Shown here piece by piece: positions 1 to 10,000 of a stretch of DNA of 32,000 nucleotides. Source of the DNA: Amoeboradix gromovi X-113 (Eukaryota > Fungi > Sanchytriomycota). Location of the stretch: assembly GCA_018985225.1 (NCBI GenBank), contig JADGIF010000027.1:1-32000 (forward strand), in the 5' to 3' direction. The notes below the pieces were generated by a model. It did not search any database and was not told the origin of the DNA. It was given only the letters and a program-made list of their open reading frames with translations. Position 1 is the first letter of the stretch. Each line of letters opens with the position of its first letter. Made by a program: the position numbers and the translations under genes.

Positions 1-1
1 C

Positions 2-135
2 CTTTTATACTCGTCAACTCCGCAACTAGCTGAATGTCCACTCGCCTCTTAAATCCATAAAATTAATAAAGCTGAGATAATGTTCCAAGTTGTTACAGAA
101 AGTTAGTCCAGTTTTATATTTGATGTCCCAAGTGT
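2..135 (-). repeat. Dispersed repeat, copy 1 (copy 2 at 18277-18411); probable piece of a Fanzor1-like element running off the window edge
   Basis: Manual alignment with 18277-18411 gives about 13 differences in 135 nt, and the first 44 nt are identical. The minus strand encodes CGVDEYK, resembling the Fanzor1 VDEyxTS motif. Confidence 0.8.
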
Positions 136-799
136 TTATTTTTGATTTGAGATATTATTGCAGTTTGGAGATATCTTTTGTAAATAAAAAGAGAATCCAA
201 CGTGTTTTTATGTCGTTGTAAAACTCTTGAAAGAGATTAAACTAGCCCGATGTATCTCGTGTGATCGCGATAATGCTTTGTTCAATTAGAATCCCAAACT
301 ACTTATCTTAGGGATCTTTGTATTAGTAGAACCTAATGATTATAAAGCAATATTGGAATACATTTAAAGCCGAAATAGTGACAACATTGATGTAGTCAAT
401 GTTTATGGCAAATTGGTGTACAACTAAAAATTTATGGCAAGGTTTGCGAAAACTGCCCAAGCTACTACTTGCAGACATTCTCTTTGGGGTTTTGTAGAGT
501 TATTTGAATAGAGTTTATTTACTTGCACAGCAGTAAAACAATCATACTTACCTATCCACAGTTATTTTGTCTTTTACGCTTCTAGCATCTAAAAAATGGC
601 TAAATATTTGATATAACAATCATGGATAAATCATAAAGATGAACTGACCAGTCGTGGATAATTACACGACTATGTATAAGAAACCAAGTGACCACAATTA
701 GCTTGAATGGGAGACTATCATGAGACAGTATCGCAGGGATTATCCCCGACTTGTAGTTGGGGCCATATTCTCAAAGTCTGTCCAAATTATTGAAACAGG

Positions 800-1450
800 A
801 TGACAATCACCAATCCGCGAGAAGAAGTGCTGAAATTGGACGAAGAGCGAAAGAATAAAACCGAAAAACTAATAGAGCTTACAAACAGATTAAAATATCT
901 AAATACCGATTTAACTGAGCCATTGGTAATTGATGGATTTCCTCGTAACGATTTGGATTTATACCAAGTAAGATCAGTTAGGCAGGAATATCGGCAAACT
1001 CAGAATGACTTATATGCAATTGATAAGAAGATTGAACTCCTGTTGCCCTCTGTATTTAATTCGCCGAGTCCTCCAACAGCTGCACTAGGCTCCCAGAATG
1101 CTCAAGCGCAACAACCCCGACCTCTGATTCCTCGGCAAGTATCTAATGTGGTGTTGGTTGTAAATGCCGTGGATCCAGATTCTCCTGCAGGTCTTGATGG
1201 TTTACTTCGTGGTGATCAAATTCAGTCTTTTAACGACATTGCCTGTACGCTTGAAGGTAATCAATTTTGTGCATCTGGTTTTAAATTTGATTCCAAAGAT
1301 AATCTTTTGCAGTATTTTGCTTCTCACATAAAAGCTAACCTGCCATTAACTATTAAAGTTAAGAGATTAGATGTTCCAATTATAATTACACCTCGTCAGT
1401 GGGAAGGAGTCGGATTATTAGGGTGCCATATAGGAGTGGAGCTTGAATAA
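800..1450 (+). CDS. NAS2: 26S proteasome assembly chaperone Nas2/PSMD9 (p27)
   Basis: N-terminal coiled coil with EPLVIDGFPRNDLDLYQVRSVR, a PDZ-like region (VDPDSPAGLDGLLRGDQI) and the C-terminal PRQWEGVGLLGCHI signature. Confidence 0.93.
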   Translation: MTITNPREEVLKLDEERKNKTEKLIELTNRLKYLNTDLTEPLVIDGFPRNDLDLYQVRSVRQEYRQTQNDLYAIDKKIELLLPSVFNSPSPPTAALGSQNAQAQQPRPLIPRQVSNVVLVVNAVDPDSPAGLDGLLRGDQIQSFNDIACTLEGNQFCASGFKFDSKDNLLQYFASHIKANLPLTIKVKRLDVPIIITPRQWEGVGLLGCHIGVELE

Positions 1451-1566
1451 ATATCTCTGAGTTTAACTTCACATTGGAAATTGCTGAAAACCTACTTGAT
1501 ACTAGGATAATCATTTCCAGCTTTCAGTATAGGTTCTATACTTGCAGCAGCTATGATAGTAATTTA

Positions 1567-3088
1567 TTATAAACTGTATTTATTCTCTACAGGTCTTAAT
1601 TCAAACCTGCTCATATATCTCAATAGCAATGTGTCTATAAAATGCTGATGCCTACATAAATTCATAATACTTTATTCCGGGTTCTCTGTTCTCCTTAAAC
1701 TCATTTACGCCTTGCATTATATGATTCACATATCCCATTTTATGCATTGCAGCTATAATCATGAAGCCTGTTCTGTTATATCCGTAATGACAATGTAATG
1801 CTATTTCTTTGGTGGGGTACATCTTCCAATACTCTTTGCATAATTCCACAAAATAGTCTACATCCTCATCCTGAGGTGGTATCTTGGATATAAAGGACTG
1901 CTTGATATACATTGGCCTACTTGCATCTCCCTTGCAAACATACTTCAAAGTCGTTCTGTTGTATTTTAGCAAGCTTGACGGAACTGGTTGAAATTGCTCC
2001 GTGTGATATGGTGGAGTATCTCTACTCATGTCAACTACCAATCCAATGTTTTTGAAGTTTTGAAAAAGCAACGATGGGTTATGCTCGTCATCAATTTCCC
2101 TTAAAATCTTCATTGCTCTAAATAACGATGAGCCAATACATTTGGATACGCCTTGGATGGCTCTCCACTTTTTAAAGTTTTTCAAGGCATAGGGATCATC
2201 CATTTTGAATTCTTTGCTTTGGCTAGGAGGATTTACTAAAATTTTTAAATGTTGGAAAAAATGAGTTATCTGCCCTACAGTATTATATACGTCTTCACTC
2301 ATCGGATTGTGCGCACAAGAGATAGACACCACTGGAAATGGATGTGTCGACTTTGATAAAGATATACTTTTGGCTAGTTGGCGAGTATACAAATATTTAC
2401 AGTTTATAAGAGTGTTGAAGACACTAATCGTAGAAGGAATTGGAGTTATTTTGTCATATTCGCCAACTATCAGTTGTACCGGCACGTTTATACTTTTGAA
2501 ATCAGACTCTGATGGCCATTTCATTTCATTAATTAATCCAAGTAATGTTGTAGTTTTTGATTCTTTATTCCATTTCAACTGTTTCTGTCGAATAGCAGCA
2601 CTTGCAGCTGGATAGAATATATATTGTCTGACTGATTGTGAATATATACCTCCAATTCGATGATATCTTCTCCATAAGTTTATTAGCCAAATTGGAGTGC
2701 TTGAAATCGCCTTCATCTTGTTTGGATCATAGCTCAATTTAGCTCCTATCCATATCATTCCCTTGACGTGCTCTTTGATCTCATGGTACATGTAGACAGC
2801 GATTCCGACTCCCATTGAATGTGCAATGAAAACATATGACTTATCCCTTGGTAACAATTTACAATACTGCTTTGCTATTTCTTTTAAGTCCCAACTGCTT
2901 GCGTCGTCACTTTGACCATGACCATACAAATCTACAGATATCACATGAAATGTATTACTCAAGTAATTATATATTGGTTTGAATTGTTCGCTCTGTCCTC
3001 CCATCCCATGTATGAATGCTATGCATATCCTGTTCGTATTAACCTTCTCATAAACTGTCACCACTCCATTTTCCGTATTTACTTTCAT
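1567..3088 (-). CDS. Alpha/beta-hydrolase + dual-specificity (DUSP11/RNA triphosphatase-like) phosphatase fusion; exons 3088-1671 and 1651-1567, about 500 aa
   Basis: Hydrolase motifs FIHGMGG, DLYGHG and AHSMG; phosphatase P-loop HCHYGYNRTG. Removing the 19-nt intron restores the conserved ending REPGIK-HQHFIDTLLLRY and gives a spliced length of 1503 nt, a multiple of 3. The start is placed at the first ATG (MKVNTE). Confidence 0.85.
1652..1670 (-). other. 19-nt spliceosomal intron GTATTATGAATTTATGTAG (phase 2)
   Basis: GT..AG ends; excision restores the PGIK|HQHFIDTL motif. Confidence 0.88.
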
Positions 3089-3412
3089 TTTCGAAAAGGG
3101 AGATTTCAGATGAGAATTATTGAAATTGCAATTGCGACACACTCTGCAAAAAACATGACCACATTAAACAAATGTGTCAAGTAGATCAAAACCTGTAAAT
3201 GTATCCGATATTTCAGCATACACGGTAAAGCAGTAGTTCTGTACCAATTCTTTTTTCTCGTCTTTAGCTCAATAATCGGCAAACTGTTGAATTTCAACCT
3301 AGCGCATACACTGGTTTTCTGTTCGAGAAAATTTAGTGGTATTTTCTCTTTTGTTTTTAATCGCCGCAAGTATAGCAAAGAATTGTGTAATCGTATACTT
3401 GATTTATTCATT

Positions 3413-5176
3413 CTATACAAATTTTGTATACTCTTTTAACCATTCTCTTGCATCTCCCTCCAATCTGGGCAATAAAACTTCTAAACATCGTTGTTGATAC
3501 TCGTTGAACCACTTCTTTTCGCTAACTGTTAATAATTCAATATTCACTAATCTTTGCTCTAATGGAAAAACAGTTACGTTCTCAAATCCCAGCCATTCAC
3601 TCTGTGGCTTCTTGTATCCATCTACTTTGCAAATTAGCAATATGTTCTCAATTCTTATTCCAAACTCCTTTGGCTCATAGTAACCAGGCTCATTAGTTAT
3701 AGTCATTCCCTCTTTTAATTCATAAAGATCAAACTGTTTTCTGAATCCTATACCATGAGGTCCCTCGTGCACGCATAAGTAATGTCCCACACCATGTCCA
3801 GTCCCGTGCTGATAGTCTAAACCTACCTTCCACAAGTGCTGTCTAGCCAAAGCATCCACCTGATAGCCAGTTGTACCTTTAGGAAACTTGATTTGATCTA
3901 TGCTGATATGTCCTTGCAGCACTCGAGTATAACACTCTTTGAGAAATTCTGTTGGCTTCTCACTACCAAGCCAGACGGTACGAGTGATGTCTGTAGTACC
4001 ATCCGAGTACTGCCCACCACTGTCAACCAGTAGGCAGCCATCTACTATTACAGCGCTGTTAACAGAATCAGGTTTATAATGAATAATGGCCCCATTTCCC
4101 TTCATTCCAATAATCGAGTCAAATGATTCGCCTTTAAACATCGATTGCTGGGCTCTAAAATCTTTTAATCTTATGCTGGCATCATACTCTGTAATTTTAT
4201 TTGATTTATAATGAGTAGATAGCCAGTGGAAAAACTTAGACAACGCCACGGCATCCCTAATATGACATTGTCTAAAGCCATTCATTTCTTCATTGGTTTT
4301 GATAGATTTTAACATATAGGCAACAGATCTATCCTGAATTAGAGGGCTAGAACAAGAAGAAACAATTTTAGTGTTACAGCGTGAATCAACAATTATAGGG
4401 CCATTGATTGACTTTAACAGATCTGCAACTAGATTGGAATCATACTTATGAATGTCCAAGTGCAATCCATTTAAATACTCCATCACTTCTCCAGACAACT
4501 TGGAAGAATCGATGAATAGATGAGATTTGCTACTCTCCACAACAAGATAAGAAAAAAAGACTGGATTAAATGGGACATCGCTGCCGCGCAAGTTAAGTAT
4601 GTAAGCTATGTCATCAAGCATGCCAAACACAGCCGCGGATGCCTTTTTATTGGCAAGTTCTGCGACAATTGACTTGAATTTAGACGAACTGCTTCTGCCT
4701 GTATTATCTAACAAACTTAGTTTATATTTGTTACCAGTAGGTCGAAGAGGTCGATCAGTCCAAATTTCATCAACGAGATTTTCAGATAAAACCAAGGACA
4801 ATGGAAGCAAAGACTTCTTCAGTTCTAAATATTCTGCATATGGAATTGTTTCGGGATCAATGGCGACAGATCCTTGAGGTACCTTTTCTTTTAACCATTC
4901 TTCTTTTGACATACATCCTGGGGTACCGGATTTCATCAGAGTAAATTCAGATGGCAACTGAGATTCAGCTTGTAGAAAATAGCGACCATCTGTCCACAGA
5001 GCAGCTTCATTTACTGTGATAATTGCTAAACCAGCACTCCCTGAAAACTTGCTGATAAAAGAGCGACGGGCATCACATGGATGCACATATTCACTAAAAT
5101 GAGCATCTTCAGAGGGCACAATAAACGCGCCTAAATTCTTTTTGACGAGTAGCTGACGAAGCGCACTAATTGACAT
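3413..5176 (-). CDS. Xaa-Pro aminopeptidase P (XPNPEP1/Fra1-like, peptidase M24B)
   Basis: Motifs PSEDAHFSEY, WTDGRYFLQA, DSGGQYSDGTTDITRT, HGTGHGVG, VHEGP, NEPGYY and FGIRIEN. Confidence 0.95.
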   Translation of the reverse strand: MSISALRQLLVKKNLGAFIVPSEDAHFSEYVHPCDARRSFISKFSGSAGLAIITVNEAALWTDGRYFLQAESQLPSEFTLMKSGTPGCMSKEEWLKEKVPQGSVAIDPETIPYAEYLELKKSLLPLSLVLSENLVDEIWTDRPLRPTGNKYKLSLLDNTGRSSSSKFKSIVAELANKKASAAVFGMLDDIAYILNLRGSDVPFNPVFFSYLVVESSKSHLFIDSSKLSGEVMEYLNGLHLDIHKYDSNLVADLLKSINGPIIVDSRCNTKIVSSCSSPLIQDRSVAYMLKSIKTNEEMNGFRQCHIRDAVALSKFFHWLSTHYKSNKITEYDASIRLKDFRAQQSMFKGESFDSIIGMKGNGAIIHYKPDSVNSAVIVDGCLLVDSGGQYSDGTTDITRTVWLGSEKPTEFLKECYTRVLQGHISIDQIKFPKGTTGYQVDALARQHLWKVGLDYQHGTGHGVGHYLCVHEGPHGIGFRKQFDLYELKEGMTITNEPGYYEPKEFGIRIENILLICKVDGYKKPQSEWLGFENVTVFPLEQRLVNIELLTVSEKKWFNEYQQRCLEVLLPRLEGDAREWLKEYTKFV

Positions 5177-5391
5177 CAAGGAGAATCAGCAAGTTTTGCT
5201 TCTATTGCCAAGGCTGAAAAATACTAATCTGTAGCAATTTTGGAAGAAACAAGGAAATCACCAAGGCTCGTTATTTCGACACCATGTATACAGACTTAGC
5301 AGTGAATTCTATAAAATGGCATCCCAAGAAGCTATTCAAAAATCCGATCCGTCAAAAAGAAAGACTGACTATTACATTAGGTTTATTAAAT

Positions 5392-6594
5392 CTAATAGCT
5401 TAATGGTCTTGCATCCATTGCTGTAGAAGTGTCAGGATCACTGCTTTCCAATTCCATGCCATCATCCGTAGAACCCATTTGTGCACTAGGAACATGCTCG
5501 AGATCCTTCAGATGTTGCAACACTTTTGCTTTAATGTCATCCAGGTCTTTCAATGAATTTAGGTTTTGTAAGTCAGCCACGGGTAATACTTGCAATAAAC
5601 CATCGCTATAATAAGCGTTGTAATCAGTATCAGGTAGGGTTGGATCTAGCTGAACGCCACAAGCTATGGAAGTCTCGTAACACCATGCCTTGCTTACGTT
5701 GCTAACTGTGTATCCGCCGCCTCCTGTTAGAATCATTGGCAAGTTGAATGACTTCATATACTCAACACAGGCACCATGACCTTTCATTGAGATGTTAAAC
5801 CTACCAAGTCTATCACCCGCTAGCGAATCAGCACCACATTGCATGAATATCGCAGTAGGGTTAAACCATTGCATTACCTGATCCATTATGGGTTTGAAAA
5901 TATACTCGTATGAATCATCATCTATTCCCTCTTTTAACGGTACATTAACAGCATATCCTTTACCAGGTCCTGTACCCGTATCACGATAGTGGCCTGTACC
6001 GGGAAAGAATTCACCATATCGATGAAAACTGACTGTACAAACTCTGTTGGTAGCGTAGAACGCTTCTTCAACTCCATCTCCATGATGGATATCAATATCT
6101 AAATAGAGAACACGTTTGTGAGTTTTCAGCAGCTCACAAATACCTAAAACAATGTCGTTGGTATAACAAAACCCGTTGGCCTGATTGGCTTTAGCATGAT
6201 GCAGACCGCCTCCCCAATGTATTACAGTATCATACTTCTTTAGAAGATTAGCAGCATCCAAACTACCGCCACTAGATAAGCAGCAAAAATCATATACATT
6301 TGCAAACATTGGGCAGTCACTGGTAGTATACTTTGATATGTCTCTACCATGCTTAGCTTGTTGTTGGCCTACCTTTCGAAGGAAATGAATGTAATCGTAA
6401 GTGTGGAACTTTGTTAACTCTCTTAATTTTGCAGGTTGAATTTCAAAACAGTCCATGTGGTTGAACAGTCCATACGACAACACCAAGTTGTGTGCCATTC
6501 TTATTCTGCTTGGCTTCATAGGATGAGATACATCGTAATAATGGTTCGGAAGATCAGAATGGTAAAGATATGCAACACTAGATTTTTGCGACAT
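5392..6594 (-). CDS. Class I histone deacetylase (Rpd3/Clr6/HDAC1-like)
   Basis: Motifs HPMKPSRI, WGGGLHHAK, GFCYTND, LDIDIHHGDGVEEAFY, FFPGTG, CGADSLAGDRLG and GGGGYT. Confidence 0.96.
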   Translation of the reverse strand: MSQKSSVAYLYHSDLPNHYYDVSHPMKPSRIRMAHNLVLSYGLFNHMDCFEIQPAKLRELTKFHTYDYIHFLRKVGQQQAKHGRDISKYTTSDCPMFANVYDFCCLSSGGSLDAANLLKKYDTVIHWGGGLHHAKANQANGFCYTNDIVLGICELLKTHKRVLYLDIDIHHGDGVEEAFYATNRVCTVSFHRYGEFFPGTGHYRDTGTGPGKGYAVNVPLKEGIDDDSYEYIFKPIMDQVMQWFNPTAIFMQCGADSLAGDRLGRFNISMKGHGACVEYMKSFNLPMILTGGGGYTVSNVSKAWCYETSIACGVQLDPTLPDTDYNAYYSDGLLQVLPVADLQNLNSLKDLDDIKAKVLQHLKDLEHVPSAQMGSTDDGMELESSDPDTSTAMDARPLSY

Positions 6595-6621
6595 GTTTTA
6601 TTTAATTGCTCCTTGTAATCA

Positions 6622-6768
6622 CTATTTACTTAATTTTTTACGTAAGTCCGCTTCGAATGACACGCCTGTGTTTAGTTTAATCTTCAGCTTCCGCTTAGCC
6701 GGCTTACCCTTCCTGCTGTATGGTATTTTTGCCGATGCCTTTTTCTGTAGCTTACTTCCTTGTGACAT
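6622..6768 (-). CDS. Small lysine-rich protein (48 aa), possibly C19orf53/DUF2462-like
   Basis: Starts MSQGSKLQKK, is very basic, and fills the gap between two genes. The family call rests only on resemblance to the MxQG start. Confidence 0.45.
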   Translation of the reverse strand: MSQGSKLQKKASAKIPYSRKGKPAKRKLKIKLNTGVSFEADLRKKLSK

Positions 6769-7017
6769 CCCAGTTTTCTCCCAATGAAAAGTCGAGATTA
6801 CTAGAACATTGGGAATTTTCACAGTTTACCTGGAAATACCAGTTGGTCTGTTGCGTTGATTGCTCGCGTTTCCACAACCTTGCAATTAGAAGTTCTATAA
6901 AGAGAGTATATTAAGCGCTAGTTTTGATGTAAGCACTATAAATGGTTTATTCATTTAAAACTAACGGTTTGATATGAAGAGAGTCTCATAGCTTGTGTGT
7001 TTAATTAACAGCTGTAG

Positions 7018-10000
7018 TTATTTCAAGGAAGCCTCTACTCTAACTTTCGATGATGTACTACTTCCAGCACTGGTTCTCTTCACTCTTGTTGCAGAGGAAG
7101 GTGCTCTAAGACCATCTTGTATCGTTGGTTTAGATATGCTTCTTTCACTAGGCGCACTTAGAAGCACCTCATTCAGATCCACCTCTTGGTCAGATACAGG
7201 AGTTATTGCAATAATCTTCTTCTTCTTTTGCAGTTCGTTTTCATCGACTGCAGTTTTCCTTATCTTGTCTCTATTTATTCCATCGTCACTGTCTCCATAT
7301 TCCACTACTTTCTTTGATTTCTTATCATAATTATTTAAATCTTTTACCACTTGCCATACAGCAACAAAACACAAAACACAAGTTGTTCCGATGACTGTAT
7401 CAGTCAATATTTCCTGATAATGTATATTACCCTTGTAGTTAGTAAGTAGCAACACGTAAAACATTATTCCACAACTTAGGGTTATAATCGAACATACTTG
7501 ACAAAAAACCGCAATAACAGTGTATTGCCTTTTTAAATATGGTTTGCTATGAATCAAGAATCCCAAGTATGTGAATATTAGCAGCATTACTAATATAGCT
7601 TGCAAAATAATTACATCATTCAGAAATGCTTGACAACAAACAATAAGGCATTTTAAAATCAAGTGAATGGCGATAATGTACTGTCCCTGGTCATTAAAAT
7701 CTGAGAATTTTGTGTATAACCATGCGGTACCAATCTTTTTCAGATGTTTGTGCTTTGATTGATGCTTTGCCCAATAAAGCAAAGAGAAGTAAGCAGGTAT
7801 TCCAACCACATAGACAAGTACACCAAGCACGAAGCTGGAAGACTGATCTTTGTATCCTACCGATCTGCACGATATTCCTATGGATCTTACCATTACAGTG
7901 TCGGTTCCAAATTCTTTGCAGCTGAAGTACCCTAAAATCCAGGAACATAAACTGAGATAAATGATTTGCAAGAACAAATGGAATATGGCCAGACCAGTGT
8001 ACAAGTATGCCCCTATTTTCCTAAGTAGACCTATATCATTTGCATGACGAAGCCAGTCAACCACTGCAGCTCCAGCCATAAAAACTATGATGCAGAGTAA
8101 AAATATAGGCGGGATTGCCATCATTGCCTTTGCCTTTGTAAAATAGTTGATGTTGGGATCCACGCACTCTGGTTGAGCCAACTCAAGATTAAAACTAAAT
8201 ATACTCAGATAACTAAAGAACTCAATGACTTGATCACTCCAACTTAGAAGCAAGTTCTTGTAAATGTAAAGCAACTGAAAGTATTGAAATAGTATACTGA
8301 ACACGATCAATAGTGAACCATATCTAAGTTTCAAAAATAGCAGCAATACCACAATTAATATCGCCGCTATTGCAACTAAGGCTATCTTTTCAACCGTGAA
8401 ACTACCTACACATTTAACACAATCAAGACCCTTTTTATAGTAACCTGCATCACAAATTCCACAGTTTGGTTCTTTATACCCCTCACTACAAGTACTTGCA
8501 GCTAAACATGCTTTTGATGGCATGCATGGCACAAATTCCAATACCCCACTCACATTTGACATGTGATAACCATCATTGTTTATGGGTATATTTCCGTTGT
8601 TAAAACAGGTGGCACCATCAGGACATTGTGCACAAATTTCGTATTTGTTCCCTTTATTTATTGCATTGAAGACATTTAAGACTTTAGCTGCTCCACAAGT
8701 ATAGTTTAAACGAATGCTTGATTTCACAAATGTGCTATCGGTGATCAAATCCAGTTTAACATGAGGGTAATTTAATGTTTCAACTTGCCATGGTGTGTCG
8801 ATTGCGGAAGTAACAAGAATATCAATTTTGTCATCAGATGGATACCAGGACTTATTGTATACTCCAATGGTGTTTATAGAGACAGCTCTCACTTCTATGT
8901 TGCTTGATTTATCTCTCTGCTGCAAAGTACCATACAGTTCAGACTGGATATAAGAACTGTATATTGGGTTACTAAAATTAACGTTAACCTGGCTAGCCAA
9001 ATCTGCAAATATTGCATTCGTAGTGTACTTGCCGTTGTCTTTTAATTCGTGGTTATTCGTCAATAATTGCAGCAGTTCCCTTGTAAGCACTGATAAAGTA
9101 AATACGTCTTCACTCAATATTATGCTAACTGTAGGATTTGCATCAAACACAGGCATATTGTAAACATTTAGTCTAATAAAGCCAGGGATCATAGAGCTGT
9201 TAACTGTGAGATAATAGTTAATGTTTGAATCAACCCAGCTGTTGGCGCTATCGTATAGAGGGGAAACACTTATTATTGCATCTTTATTCATATCTTTCAG
9301 TTCGGCAGAAGTATTGCTACTAAAAAACGGTTTAACATCATCAAATGGTAGAATTGTCCATTTATCCGCATTACCCATTTTGCTTTTAATATCTAGTGGT
9401 AGTGAGAATGAATGTCGAATGGTATTTGGATAAGAATAGTAAATAAAAGGATTAATTGGGTGTACGATTGGACCAACGGTTCCAAGTGTATATATTGACA
9501 TAACAGCGTTAGCGTTTATAGGTGGATTAGAAACAGTACTAAATTGTATTTCAACTCTGTTAGCAGATGGGCCAGTAGCTATCCAAGCTGTATTCTCTAT
9601 CTTGTAACCAACAAATGGGCTGCACAAGGGATCATCACCAATTAATGACTTGCCCAAAACTATGATTTTATCATAGCTAAAGTATGCTGTGTTTATAGAA
9701 GCGTAGTTATTGCAAATCTTTTTACAAGGAGTGAAATACTTGTTTTCTTCAATATTAATTAAATTAAAACTAACATCGCATGTACCACCTGCAGCCAGTT
9801 GTATTGTACCAGCTGAGCCTGTTGCACTGCTTATGTTATTGTGAGATATGTCTATCACATCATATCTTTTAGAAGTAGCTAAATATATGGCAGTAAATTG
9901 ATTAAATTGCAGATACAGTGAGACAAGGCTCTTTAATGATGTCAAGCTTGGTGGAAATTGGCCAGATATATTATTGAATGATAAATCAAGATACTGAAGA

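Noticed and set aside
251-290. Plus-strand CISCDRDNA resembling a TnpB Zn-ribbon/RD motif
   Set aside because: The spacing is wrong, the frame is short and flanked by stops, so it is probably chance.
3106-3420. 104-aa minus-strand ORF between the aminopeptidase and phosphatase genes
   Set aside because: It overlaps the upstream stop and poly(A) signal, has no motif, and no consensus intron links it to the phosphatase gene.
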